A model generated the notes under the pieces. That model did not search any database. It saw nothing but the letters and a program-made list of their open reading frames with translations, and was not told the DNA's origin. A stretch of DNA of 64,000 bases from Octopus vulgaris. Its lineage: Eukaryota. Where the stretch lies: assembly GCA_951406725.2 (NCBI GenBank), contig OX597821.1, positions 35,464,001 through 35,528,000 on the forward strand, written 5' to 3'. This document shows, one piece after another, positions 44,013-58,019 of this stretch; the stretch's first letter is position 1, and each line of letters begins with the position of its first letter. The position numbers were made by a program, and so were the translations under genes.

Positions 44013-44177
44013 TATAAATATACAGAGAGAGAGAGAGAGACATGCATTCACATACTCTAAGTATTATATATAGGCATATATAAATATAATATAATATGCA
44101 GATGTACCTGTATATATATATGTAATATATTGTCATACTTAAATATAAATATATGTGTATGTATGCATGTATACGCG

Positions 44178-44210
<33 letters not shown>

Positions 44211-44350
44211 CGCACATATATACGTATGCAAATATCTATATATATATGTGTGTGTGTGCGTGTGTGTGTATGTGTAACACGGCAAGGCCAACATTGAGGC
44301 AAGGCAATCATCTCAAGTCTTATACAACATTATTATTAGAAAAAAATCAT

Positions 44351-44405
44351 TCTTACAGCTGTTTCTGTAATATCCCTAAGTATCGGATATTCAGTCATCA
44401 CATTA
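44351..44405 (-). ncRNA. Degenerate hammerhead motif (inverted partner of 44461)
   Basis: Minus strand: GTGATGA ctgAATATCC gatacttag GGATATT aca GAAA cagctg TA aga. Confidence 0.5.
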
Positions 44406-44460
44406 ATGTCGTCATCTCATTAATATATAGCATTCCCATTTGCCCTATTTTTCCCTATTT

Positions 44461-44499
44461 GTTTCTGACGATGGAATATCCCAGAAACAGCTGTAAGAC
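44461..44499 (+). ncRNA. Minimal type I hammerhead ribozyme motif
   Basis: gttt CTGACGA TGG aatatc CCA GAAA cagctg TA agac; stem I gttt/agac; palindromic ACAGCTGT; GUA cleavage triplet. Confidence 0.65.
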
Positions 44500-44720
44500 T
44501 TTGAATTTTTTCCACTAATAATATTGAATACGGCTTCAGATGTTTGCCTTGCCTTAATGTTTGTTACCCTCTTTAACAATTATATATACGCTACATCGGA
44601 AATCTGCAATGGGTCCATAACCACCGTCTCAGTTATAACCCTGGAGCCCTAATAACCTGTTACAACGCTTACTTAGCGTACCTAACCGTTTAGATCATCT
44701 TTGAACTAAACCCTATACTT

Positions 44721-44776
<56 letters not shown>

Positions 44777-45204
44777 TATATGCTCAGGCACGGTATGTGT
44801 TATATACATCCATAAATAAATATAATATATAAATTATATACATATCTATCTAACCATACTTAGATAATTACGTACTTGCATACATACATACATACATACA
44901 TACATACATACATACATACATACATACATACATACATACATACATACATACATACATACACACATACATAATCGACCGGCTCATTTGTACATTACTCTGA
45001 GTGGAACAGTAAATATTTTCAAGACTTTTCTCAAGTTCCTTATGCGAATTTCTCTGTGCAAACTATATCTCAAAGATGGAGCCTTGTATCTTAGTTGCAA
45101 ACCGGCCCCCTCCTCAGTGAAAGATTTATACTAATTAAAAAATAGGACACACACACACATACACACACATACACACACACACTCACACACACACACACAT
45201 ATAT

Positions 45205-45450
45205 ATATAACTTAAAAAACTTAGATGTTTCGACCATAGATTGGTCCAAGCTATGCCTAACTTAATAGTACAACCTAATAGGATAAGCTAAATACTTTTA
45301 AAGTCAAATTTTATAGTATCATGGTCGGTTCGAGTAGAGAGTTCTTGTTGAGTGAGTTGCATCCATGTATAGGTGGCTTATCTTGTATTACTTGAACAAA
45401 TTTGTCCAGATTCTATTTAGAGGTAGTGCGATCCTTTTCCTCTTTGATAT
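45205..45450 (-). mobile_element. CR1/L2-group LINE 3' end, copy 2
   Basis: IKEEKDRTTSK*NLDKFVQVIQDKPPIHGCNSLNKNSLLE; same 3'UTR as 24480-24570. Confidence 0.7.
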
Positions 45451-45464
45451 ATATCATTTATTTA

Positions 45465-45828
45465 TCTCTCTATATATAAATGACAAAATGTCTGTGTGTG
45501 TGTCCTTTATACAAATGCACAAGTATTCAGTTAGACGGCTCGCACTTTCTATGGTCATTCAAAACCGTCCAAGAGTGGTCGTGCACATCTTTACATTTCC
45601 TCAGTGACCCCGCAAAGCCATTAAAAAATCAATAGAAGTGATTTTTTTGTGAATTATCTATCGAAAACCCAATCAAAATGCCCGAAACTTGATACGCCAA
45701 TTGAATGCCAGCAATCTGTATGTGATTGGTCGGAGATTTGGACAGTACTCGCATGTATGTGCGCACACAGGCAGCTGTATATGCATGCACTAGCACCATG
45801 ACCTGGCGTTGCCGGGTCATAGTACTAG
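45465..45828 (+). mobile_element. Non-autonomous Helitron (364 bp)
   Basis: a|TCTCTCTATATATAAA ... ATGACCTGGC-gtt-GCCGGGTCAT agta CTAG|t. Confidence 0.85.
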
Positions 45829-46085
45829 TATATAATATTCAATCAAGGAATAGATTAGCAGCGACTTTGAAACTTCGGCTCACTTGCTTTTGGCCGACTG
45901 TTTGGCGGTACTTCGAAATAGCTGTGAATCTGATTCCTGACGTCATTGAGTGATTTTTCAATTACGGTTCGAGCTGTTTATATATGATATAGATAAGAGT
46001 AAACAACTAAAGGGGTTTTAACCTAATATATGTTATTCCTTGTTGGCGATTTCGACCTGATACTCAGAGTCAATAATGATCAACA

Positions 46086-46193
<108 letters not shown>

Positions 46194-46200
46194 ATGTCTG

Positions 46201-46280
<80 letters not shown>

Positions 46281-47899
46281 CTATCTGTCTGTCTGTTTGT
46301 CTATTTGTCTGCCAATTTGTCCCTATAGATATATATGTGGAGGTTTGTGTGTATGGATACATACCCAGAGGCACACACACACAAACACACACATACACAC
46401 ACACACACACACACGCACATATAAATACGAACATTAAGTGAGTTCGAGCTCAATATTTTCCGACCATTTCTGAAATTCTCCTAATTAGATATCTATCAAT
46501 CTATTTCTATCATTCCTCTTATCGTTATGTCTCTAATTACCCGTTACCATTGTAGCATTCTTCATTCCATTTATGTGCACATGTACGTGTTTATAGTTAA
46601 TAAAGACACATAAACCTCACCTGGTACTTGTTAATTACAATAAGAGAGATATTCTTTCGCTGTGAGAACGTTACATGTCATTAAGTAATTAGTTGATGAT
46701 ATTACCAATGGCTGTATGGAATAAATACTCGGAAATCATTTATCTTGAATGAAGCCGTATAAGAAATATCTATGTATACTGATATTTTAATAAACCTGAG
46801 CGGTAGTTAAAAACTTAGCAATTTCTAGTTTCTTAAGATAGTATTGAATTTGTCAGGTTCCTTTAGGGTCTAGTTAAAATAGCAGTCATTTTTGTTCATA
46901 TACATTAATGAAACGTCTTTCGTATTAAAGCCGTAAAAATACTTCAAATCCGTTCTACTGGGTACGCTGCAAAGTCAGAAAACCTAAGATAACAAGCATC
47001 GATTTATGTGGAATATTTAGGTACACTTGAGACTCACAATACACAACTTGCTATGTCTAGACGAAGCAAATATTCAATCGGAATTCCCTTCCACAAATTC
47101 GAAATGACCCGTGCCTTTTCGCATATGAGTATATTAAGAAAATGCTGGAGCTGTGCAGAAACATAAAAGGTCGTAATATATCTATAGGTTCGAAGTGGTA
47201 AGAGCTTTTTTATTTGCTAATTCCTATAAAATATAGCAGAATTACCATTTCGAGCCTTGCCATTTCCAGCATAGCAGGTTGTGAGTAAAATATATATAGA
47301 TGGTTGTATTTGCTCTTGATACTTTTCTGCAAGAACTCCTGTAGTTTTTTGCTTATATAAGAAAGCATTAATATGATTACGATTAATGTTTTCAATAATT
47401 TTCTGTGAAGTTACATCACTCTCATGAGGCTCATGCCTGTATTAGTCAGCTGAGTGCAGTAATATTGCCTGTTTTGAAAACGGGAGATTGTTTTTGTTAT
47501 CAATCCTTTTGTTACGTTGTCGGGTTTATTTTCTTATCTCACACAACATTTTCATTGATTTATTTCTCGTTTAAACATTTTAAATATTGTGGACCGTATA
47601 ATATGAGTAATAGCACAGGGATCTGAAGAATAAAGTGTGTAGTCCTGGGTGCTAATTGTATAGAATTTGTGTTATATTAACGATATGGTAATATGAGTAA
47701 TGTGCAGTGCAAGTGTAATTTTTGTTGAATTGAAATTATCTTACTCAGTATAGTTACAGTGGAAAATACTCCACCCAAACTACATAGTGTGTGGTCTAAT
47801 TATAATAATGGCGAGCGGCACGATTTATCCATGAGCAGGGTAATTCATTTTGTATTGCTCTATTTGAAAACGAATACTCCAATAGCGCTTGCGCAGTAC

Positions 47900-48840
47900 T
47901 CTTTCCCTCCATCAGTCACATCCTGGATGCCTGGATGGTCTGCTGGCTCAAGGATAGGAAGCAGAGAAATTATCTGTAGTTACTCGCAACTTCATAGACA
48001 CCTAAAGCATTTAAAGAAACGGCTGTGCAATATTTCATGTCATTCCTGCCTGCGAGTGCCTCTGACTGTTTCTTTACACTGTATGTAGTCTCTGGTAGTG
48101 TGTTGATATTCTAATCCAGTTTCTTTGTGCCCCTTTTTCTTTTTCTTTTTTTTTTTTTGTAGGACAGCATATAGTGGTTTGGAAGATAACTGACCACTGT
48201 TTCTGGTAGGTTTGAAATATGCGTTGAGATTCCAGGTTGACTGTCTTGATAAATAATTTTTTTATGAGTGTGTTCACTTCTTTCTTTGTGAGAGTTCTTA
48301 CAAGAATAGATCTTACGATATCCTTTCGGTCAATGGTTTTGATACATGATATGTATCAGAGCTCAGAGGTTTTTTCTTCCAGCTCTTGGTTAACATATCT
48401 AATCCTTTTCTTTTGCCCCCGTGGTCAGTAGGGTCAGGTACATTCTAGTGTCTCGTTGCCATGTCATTGTGATCTCCCGGTTTGCTGTGTGTTTATACAA
48501 TTTATTTTCAACTTTTATGTGAAAGTCTCCGAATGTTCAACAATCATCAATGTAATTACTTTTCCTGTCATGTCTTTAGTTATATTCTAACTCAGCTAAT
48601 ATTGGACAATCGGAAATAAGGTGGTAAATTGTTTCTTTATGTTGATTCCATTTCTAGTTCGCTTCTCGTTTAATTATATTACTTTGGAAATTTTATGAGC
48701 TAGGCATTGACATTCTGGTTCTACCATTAATTTAGAATCTTTGTACCATTGTTAGCATTTATATTGGATCACTTCCTCTCTGTCCACTTTTGTAAGTCAC
48801 TCACCATGGATAACTGATCTAAAATTATTTTATCATTATT
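47900..48840 (-). mobile_element. Heavily degraded R4/Dong fragments
   Basis: ETIYHLISDCPILAELEY..RHD at ~48560-48640; weaker matches elsewhere (QRIFQTYQKQ). Confidence 0.5.
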
Positions 48841-50966
48841 ATTCTTATTCTTACAGAGACAAAGAGACAAAATCAATAGAACTTCGGACAAGTACATAGC
48901 CATTTCATAATAATCCTACAATGGCCGGTGTTAGCTTTCCTCCTTCACAAGTATAAGAATGGATGTAATCATAACATACCCCAACCCTGAAAATGTGTGA
49001 CCTTATACCCGTGCTAGAATTCATTGATATTATGTTTTATTCATAATTTGAGAGACAAACCAATTCTTTCCATTCTCATAATATTCATTTTTAATAGAGA
49101 TACAAGGTCTCATATTTTACTATACGATATAAACTATTGTAACAAATCCGGCGGTTTAGTGTCTACTATATCCTCTATTTATCCAGCAGTATATTCTACT
49201 ATATCAAGCAGTTTAGTATCTACTATATCCTCTCCAGAAATGTGAAAAGACAGTTGATTCGGCAAAATGAAAAGGAACATCCTTCGACTATTTTGCCTAC
49301 CACCTTATGAACATGTCTGCTTACACAACCACACGCTTGATTTGCATGACAAGAACATACAATAATTGTGGAAATTCCGCTGGTCACTGCAGAATAGCTG
49401 GATGTTCATAGGATACACGGAGTTTGTAATTTCGTTTAAAATGTACATTTTTTGTTTTAGAAGTTTTCTACCGAAGGAGTTATATTGGGAAGTTACATCT
49501 TTAAAGAATATAGTCTTTGTTATAAACTTGTTGCGACTTTTACTTTGAGAGTTGAAATGTATTATATCTATTGTTTTCAGTAATGAACGCACAGAGCAGT
49601 CAATGAGAAAATTCTGACTGACTTCTTCCTTTTTGTTACTTTGGCATTAAAATTGTTGAAAATATATTGAAAAATTAATGCATATAAAAAGAATCCTTTA
49701 AACAATATTTTCTATGAAACGAATGAATTATATTCAACACTATCCTGCTCTAGTGCTAGAAAGCTGAAACAAATCTAAATCCACTGCGTTTCATCATAGC
49801 TTTTGTATCAGAGGAATGTTCATATAATTGGATTAGAATAAAAAATGCTATCACTCTGAAATGAGATTAAAAACAAAGTACACATTTGGTAAATGAAGTG
49901 TTAACTAATACGTTCATGAGAATACTTTAGTAATATTTATTGACATTAGTATAACTAATTTTGTGTAAGTTCTCAGTTAATGCTTTTTGATATGTAATTG
50001 CCTATTACACCAGTTCTATTGTACCTATTACAAATGCGTTGATGCACATGATTCTTAAATGTCATGTTTAATTCAATCTCGCTTCGATATTGCTGTATCT
50101 AAATATTAACATACAGTTGTCATTTCTATCAGAAAATTATACTGGGATTATTAAGAACTATCTGGTGACCTGCTTTAAAGTACTTTCACATACTAATTTG
50201 ACGTGATAGCCGAAATTTACTTATAATGTTTTTTCTGGGAAATGTAACTATTTGTACTGTTAAAACGAATTTTTATGTATTGGTGTGATCTGTGAGTATA
50301 CTAGAACGATTTCCGTTTTTAAAGATTTTCACTGTTTTTAGTCTGTTGGTAATGCATCATTCCTCCATGGATACATATTGAGATTGAATTTCTTCTGCCA
50401 GGCTCGAGTTGGAACAATGGAGTACTTTAAAGGGTATAATTTTATCGTTATGCAAGTGCTTGCATATTCAACGTGATCATGTTTACATACCTAATAAGCA
50501 ATACCTACGCAGTGGCGAAAAGATGAGAAACAACGGAAGACAACGTAGGATATATTTGACTTTATTAGACTACTTTCTTTAGAGTGTAGTTTTCAATATA
50601 TACTACTAATTAGAGTTGAGTAAAGACCTAAGTGTAAATACACTAATTTTATAATTGTCTGTCCACTATGAGCATCATATATGGCTTATATATCAACTTT
50701 TTGATGCAGCTAAAGTTTAGGAATTTAGCTGCTAGAAATTATAGCCAATTTCTTGAACTTAAGGAAACTTTGAAAACGTGTATATAAATATGAAATATAG
50801 CTGTAAATGTTATCCTGTTTACTGCCGTTTTTAAATAATAATCACATAATCCTGACAATGTATGGGAAACCTAGGTGCTGTCAGCACGACTTATAACTTA
50901 AAGGCGGTGACCTGGCAAAATCTTGAGCCTCGGAATAGATGCCATGCGGTATTTCTTCCCGTTTAT

Positions 50967-51197
50967 AAGGCGCCGAGCTGGCAGAAACGTTAGTACGCCG
51001 GGCGAAATGCTTTGCGGTATTTCGTCTGTCGTTACGTTGTGAGTTCAGATTCCACCGAGGTCGACTTTGCCTTTCATCCTTTCGGGGTCGATAAATTAAG
51101 TACCGGTTACGCACTGGGGTCGATGTAATCGACTTAATACCTGTCTGTCCTTGTTTATCCCCTCTACGTTTAGCCCCTTGTGGGTAATAAAGAAATA
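50967..51197 (+). mobile_element. Young SINE family A with 18-bp TSD, nested in an older SINE A (~50900-51350)
   Basis: TSD ggtatttcttcccgttta at 50948-50965 and 51198-51215; older head aaggcggtgacctggcaaaatc at 50901. Confidence 0.85.
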
Positions 51198-51593
51198 GGT
51201 ATTTCTTCCCGTTTAAATTACATTTAGGTTAGCTTTAAATTTCAGCCAACCAGAATCGATAAAATAGAATACCAGTCAAGCACAGTGGTTCTGGAAATCA
51301 TCTAACGACCTGCCTCTAAATTGCTGAACTAGTGGCTTGTTAGAATCATTAATGTGTCAAAAAATAACTTGCTGTCTCTATTGTTTTACATTCTGATTTC
51401 CATTGTCGTTAAGGCCATTACCTTACATCCTTCTGAGTTCGATAAAATGAGGTACCTCTCCAGTCCAATTCAGTCCAGTACTACTGCAGATGGCATGAAC
51501 AAGCTCCCATCAAAATTGCTTGACTAGCGCATAAGAAACAGTACAATGACGACGACGACAACCACAGCAACAACAACAACAACAACGTCAACA

Positions 51594-52000
51594 TCAACAA
51601 CAATAGTCATTTCTTTCATTATTGTCTTGGCTTTTCCCTCTCTCCGCCGGTCTCTGGCTAGATCTTGATATTTCTAAATTCTTTTCAATTTCTTTGGTAT
51701 TGACTGCTTTCATAGGAATTGCAATATTTATGATCTTACACTGTTTAACTTTGTCGTCTGTGTCCATATCCGGTCTTCTTGCTTTCATAGTATGGTCATA
51801 GTATGAAATCCTAAAAGATCTTTTAATTCCCGTTTCCTCTAACAACCTCTGCTTCGTGCCCATAGCAGTTTTCTATTGTTTTGAAGCCAAACACTCGACT
51901 AACAACACAATGCACACTTTTGCCTACACAATCACATCTGAGTTTTATATTCCTTTTGTACTGGTGTACTGCATTCACTCAAAAGGGGATAGATACTTTC
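51594..52000 (-). mobile_element. Degraded R4/Dong Zn-knuckle/RLE fragment
   Basis: SECSTPVQKEYK..CDCVGKSVH; DHTMKARRPDM..CKIINIAIP..KEIEK. Confidence 0.7.
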
Positions 52001-52972
52001 GTTTCCTTTCCCACAGAATCTACAATTGCTATCTGGCTAAGCTCTATCAGGTTTGTTTTAAGGGCTTGTCTTGGGCAGTATAAGATCTCTCGTATCAAGT
52101 TCCCGCACGTCATTCACAGCCAGCGATCACGATTTGTTGCATGAACTGGCCATGTAGTTCCATTTCTTTCCATCTGGTTCGATCTGTTTCATTCGCTTTT
52201 TGGATATCTCCAGCTGCCGATAGTATTCTTTTTTTCGTTCCCAATCTGATTCCTCATTCGAGCACGTAGTCCTTGGTGTTACGGGTGACGACAAATTCCG
52301 TTTTTCATTTTGCTTTGTTATCATTGAGGTATGACGAGCTATGACGTTGGCATTTGTGGACAGATCCGAGTTCTCTGCATGTAAACATTGCTCGTAACGT
52401 AAGTTCTTGAGGCTAACAAACTTTCATTCGTCGGTATTTTTGTTGTTGTTAGATTTATCTCCGGGCATAGTTTCTTTGTGGTGATTTTAAACCCATGAAT
52501 TGTTCAATCTGCCTGTGTTAGTTCAAAAAATAAAAAAAAGTTGTTTTTTGCTTTTGCTTCGTTTGTGTACGTATTTTCATATGCGTGTTTGTGTTCCCTG
52601 TATATTTCACGTAGTTGTGTAATCATTGGGATGTATGTGTGGTACTATGGGTATCAAACGGTATATGTATGTTTGTATAGACATTCGAGTGTATGCGTAA
52701 TTACTCAATTTATGTACTTACTGTTTTGATCCATTTACCTTTTATAATTTGTGATCTTTCCAGTGTTGATTTCGCGTGTATGTTTCGTACGTTTCATTGA
52801 GACATCATGCATAGGAAAAACTGTGCTTTGTACTGTAGTAAAATTTCGCTTTTGTACTTATTCAAGTCTTTCATATGTTCCTTTATCCCATTCCACCGAT
52901 GTTATTAGATTAGATTTGCTTTTGAATGGAGAGCCCGGTGTAGCAAATCCATGGTGTTATTCAGCGCGGATA

Positions 52973-53002
<30 letters not shown>

Positions 53003-53003
<1 letters not shown>

Positions 53004-53445
53004 GGGTGATAGAGCAGCGCATGCCATCAGAGTGACACTGGAGTACAATTATTCGAAGTCCAATATACCCGTCATGACTACTCATATGATAAGGGTACAC
53101 GAGGCACAGGCATCACAGCCACATGTGCGCGACATGGTGATCTTATATCAAGATACACAGCGCATGACCCAGGTAGGGCCCAGTTAGAATTTTCGTGAGG
53201 TTGAGTAGCACATCCCTCTCAAAAGGTCCACGAATGAGGTTTGTTTGAGGATAATGACCGAAACAACCATGCTTCCAGAGGTGGCTTATTGAAAACCCCA
53301 AAGATTTCCTGTCAACACACGGCTATGATGCTCCGCCACTACCTCTGCTCGTGATCAGAGATGCACATATCGTCAGATACCATGGGACATGTTGAACTGC
53401 TTAAGATCAAATAACTGACAAGCAAATCTGTTATATTCAGCAGAT
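53003..53445 (-). mobile_element. Repeat family X, copy 3, with (TAA)n tail
   Basis: Aligns with copies 1 and 2; (TTA)n at 52973-53002. Confidence 0.75.
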
Positions 53446-53553
53446 AGACCATCTATCATTTACTTTAGCCCACCTTTTGTATACTGTAGCCTATCATTTA
53501 TCTACTGAAACCCATCTTCTATTTACATTTTTATTTATTTATCTATTTACTCA

Positions 53554-53671
<118 letters not shown>

Positions 53672-53804
53672 CATTATTATTATTTTTACTGTCGTTGTTG
53701 TTGATGTTGTTGCTGTTGTTGTTATTTTCATTATAATTATTATTATTTTTATTATAATTATTATGATTATTGTAATAATTTTTGGAAGTCGTCGTCAGCA
53801 TCGC

Positions 53805-53864
<60 letters not shown>

Positions 53865-54162
53865 TACTGTTGTGGCCAGTACAGGGCGGAAGATGTTAGT
53901 GCAGGCGTTGGTTGTGGTACATGAGATTAGGTAATAATCAATAATATAAACATTTGTCCACGAAGTCTCTGTTTTTATCTTGAAAGGCTTACGTCAGCAT
54001 TCCACATTACACAAACATTTTTGTTACTTCCTGTATATATCACATGTTTGTTAACAGCCTTCAGCCATTCTTCGTCATATATTTAATCCTATCTTTTTCA
54101 ATTATACTTCCGCTCTCCCTCTCTATCTTCCTCATTATCCATCCATCCTCCATCCATCCATC

Positions 54163-54241
<79 letters not shown>

Positions 54242-54341
54242 CACCTACCTACCTAGCTACCTACCTACCTACCTACCTACAAACACACATACATACATAC
54301 ATACATACATACATACATACATACATACATTACCCACCTAC

Positions 54342-54433
<92 letters not shown>

Positions 54434-54464
54434 TCGTATTTAATGTATATACAAAGAGATGTAT

Positions 54465-55050
54465 ATATTCTGATCAATAAATATCCAGACTGTTGCCATA
54501 ATAACGAAGCTGAAGCATGCAGAATAAACCCGTTCGGTACAGATTGAACTGAATTCTGCTGTGCATGCGCACTAAGTTTAAACGGTCTAGGTCATTTCCG
54601 CTGTTTACAGCAGTGCTTGGAAGGAAGATGTGTTGCATATCATCGTGACATTGACCAAATGCTTCACGATAGCTGTTCAGAGGCCTACTCAAACTTTTCA
54701 TCGTTTTCGACACAATCAAGGAGATTTTGTGCAACTGAAACCCGAGTGTCCTTTTGGTCAGCTAAAAGCAGTTTTGGCACAAACTTGGCAGAGACACGCG
54801 TCACATACACAAATATTCATTGATATTGGACTGGAACTAACCGTAGTTAATCTGCACATCCTCTGATAACTCACAGATCATGATTCGAAGATTGCTCTTA
54901 AAACTGCACGCACATCTACGATGTTTTACTCAGTTCTGCTCCTTGCGGGTCGCCTAGAACGATATTATCGATATTTTTCAGCCATCATGGAAACGTCTAA
55001 ACCACTCGTATACGTGTAAGCAGTTCATACACACCTCTCCATACACTTCC
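54465..55050. mobile_element. Mariner remnant: probable 5' end on +, N-terminal transposase piece on -
   Basis: Minus strand ~54740-54960: RSRRPARSRTE..RVSAKFVPKLLLADQK; + strand DSCSEAYS resembles the first HTH. Confidence 0.65.
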
Positions 55051-55371
55051 TATAACATCATGTAGGCATGCCATGGTCAATGTGACGGTCATTCCAAGTA
55101 TAGAGTTGTACCCAGTGTTATTGAATCGAGGGTTTTCACTAATCGATTCAATAACAACGTGTACAAACTCTATACTTGGAATGACCAATTTTAAATACAA
55201 TTGGAACTTACTCACAAGGAACTGGAACCTTATATGTATACTATTCTGCCTAAATAAGGGATTTACAAACGCAATATCCCAAACATATCTCACGTTTATT
55301 TTCATTCCTCCACTTCATTCTGTGTTTCACATCTTATCTAGAATAACTATTGCATAACCATTTCTCACACC

Positions 55372-55415
55372 GTCTCCGATGAAGGGATATATAATATATC
55401 CCGGAAACAGCTGTA
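55372..55415 (+). ncRNA. Hammerhead motif with lost 3' stem I (same family as 44461)
   Basis: gtct CCGATGA a GGGATATA ta a TATATCCC g GAAA cagctg TA. Confidence 0.5.
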
Positions 55416-55918
55416 TTCATAAAGTTTCTAAAATCTTTCACAGCTTTGGATTATTATCTCATTCTGAAAATTTTTATAGATACACATGCTAATATATGAC
55501 CTACATTAGACTCCTCATTCGTACAATCACCGAACCTGGAGCTTAACTATAATGTATCCATTGCACTTTCTCACCATTTCCTAACACCTTTGAGCCTTAT
55601 TGACACCATTACCTCTCATAACCTCTCTCTCTATAAATATATATATATTCTTTTATTGTTTATTTTTGTTTCAGTCATATGACTGTGTTACCGCCTTTTA
55701 AAATTTAAAGGGTTAAATATCACTCAGAATGTATTGAATCCCTCTTTAAGAAGTTATTCAATCTCTTATGAACGATCCTCAATGATTTTCTCTCACTCAT
55801 TAAATGACATGAACGAACAATAGAGAAAAAAACCTGTTTCACGTTCAGGACTCAATACAATCTCACATCATCGTGAGAGATATACTTAAGAAGTGATTCT
55901 TAAAAGCATGGTCTTAAG

Positions 55919-55990
<72 letters not shown>

Positions 55991-56112
55991 AGTAGTTAAA
56001 TGAATTATCTTATTAAGGATAATTCGAAAGATAACCGATACCCTTATCGCCATTGGCTCCTTGAGAGCGGTCAGCGAAAAGTTTTTTGTGCAATTTGATG
56101 TCGACATAAGTT

Positions 56113-56207
56113 CCTTGATTTTCCTGATGAGAAATCTGCATAACGTACTCCGTATTCCTTCGGAATTAGGAATATGCAGCCTTCGAAACATATGTCGAGA
56201 ATAAAGG
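56113..56207 (+). ncRNA. Apparently intact type I hammerhead ribozyme with extended stem II, in a ~260-bp island between (TA)n tracts
   Basis: Stem I ccttgattttc/gagaataaagg; CTGATGA at 56124-56130; stem II GAAATCTGCAT..ATGCAGCCTTC; GAAAC ATAT GTC; predicted cleavage after 56196. Confidence 0.8.
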
Positions 56208-56807
56208 ATATTTGTTAACTAGTCGTTCAACTCCATTCTTTCATATACTTATATATATATATATATATATATATAAGGCTGCATTTAAACTTGTCATCTA
56301 TATGTATCTCTGTGCGTTTGGGGTTCCGCAGAACCTATTATATATGCATTGTACTAAATATTACCAATTGCCATATATTTCAGATATAAGTAAACCGCAA
56401 TTCCCCTGCTGGAAGTCTTTACATGTATTTGATAAATGAGTGTTTTGTGGTGTTAAGCTCTGGCTGGTTGCTGGAATCCATCCAATAAAGCTTGCCTGCA
56501 TTAGTCGATATGTATATTTGTTCTCACTACCATATTGACACAGAAAAAAACCTGATAATAGATGCAGATGATAACGATATGTCAGACTGGATTACGTAGA
56601 TTTTTGTGGCCCTTCAACTGGAATTTGAATGCGGTTTATATCAATTCAATGATTTATGCCTGTAAAAAACGAGTGTTAAATCATTCAGCTATAACTGTCA
56701 AGTTTCATATTTTGGTTTCCCACTTTCTCGTTCTGTTTTCTGTCTAAATATTAACCTATGCGTGTGTATATATACGTACATGCATATATGTGTGAGTATG
56801 TAAACAT

Positions 56808-57000
56808 ATGGAGGTACAATGGCCCAGTGGTTAGAGCAGCGGACTCGCGGTCGGAGGATTGCGGTTTCGATTCTCAGACAGGGTGTTGTGTGTGTTTATT
56901 GTGCGAAAACACCTAAAGCTCCACGAGGTTCCGGCAGGGGTTGGTAGCGACCCCTGTTGTACTCTTTCACCCCAACTTTCTCTCACTCTTTCTTCCTGTT
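56808..57000 (+). mobile_element. SINE family C, 5' part
   Basis: Reverse complement of 22740-22926. Confidence 0.8.
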
Positions 57001-57139
57001 TATATATATGCCGAGTGCAGTGAATGAATTGTCGTCTAAACTACGCAAAAATAAAAATAACAATGACATCTCATACTAACAGATATATTTACTAAAATTA
57101 CATAAAAATATCTCGAAATATTAATGAGTAAATCTATTG

Positions 57140-57850
57140 AATTATACCTCCAGACAACTTCGGAATCTCCTGCAACTCTTCTGAACAGTTTCGTCGTTTA
57201 AGTTAGTGTTTGCTGCCACAATCCTTGCCTTCAGTTCATCTTTGGACTGTTTTGTTGGTCTCTTACTCGACTCCGACACGCACATAATAATCAACAGGGA
57301 TGCAGCCAAGGGAGTGAGGTGGCCAGATGTTAGAGGTAATATAGTCGCAGAAATTGTCTGACAGCTATGACTGAATTCTCCTGATTGTGTAGCATGGTGC
57401 AGAGTCATGTTGCCAAACATAGGGTCTTCCAGCAGCCTCGCACTTGACCCAGGACAGCTGTACCTCCTCCAGGCACTTGATTTAGTTTGAGACCGTGTGG
57501 AAAGATGAATGTAGGCATAAAGTCTCCATCACTGGTGATCACTCCAAATACCATGATATTGACTGGATGTTGATTTTTTATCTCTCTCGGTACATGTCCA
57601 TAGATTGCACTGTTCTCAGATTGACACCCAAACACTCTGAAATGTTCGTATAGGAGCTTACGGCGCGAATTCCAAGAAGCATAGCATGTCGTTTCCAAAT
57701 TTCTGGCAAAGTGAATTGCGCCCTGGTTGTGTGGTCCTCACAGACGATGCCCAACTGACTCTACTATACTGTGTTGTCGACAAAATCAAGAATAAACAAT
57801 GCACATGGGCAAAATAGAAAGATTATAAAATGGCGACAATTTACCCATTG
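57140..57850 (-). mobile_element. Degraded Tc1/mariner transposase
   Basis: HPVNIMVFGVITSDGDFMPTFIFPHGLKLN; KDELKARI...ETVQKSCRRFRSCLE. Confidence 0.75.
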
Positions 57851-58019
57851 CACTCATTATGGATATTATTTTTTTGAATACTGGACGAGCTCGAATTACA
57901 AAACGCAGTAAGTTATGAATAATATCATGTGAATATTCGGTTGAAAATGTTTTGGGAGAGAAACAGCAGAATGTTGCGAATGTATATATATATATATATA
58001 CATATATATCTACATATAT

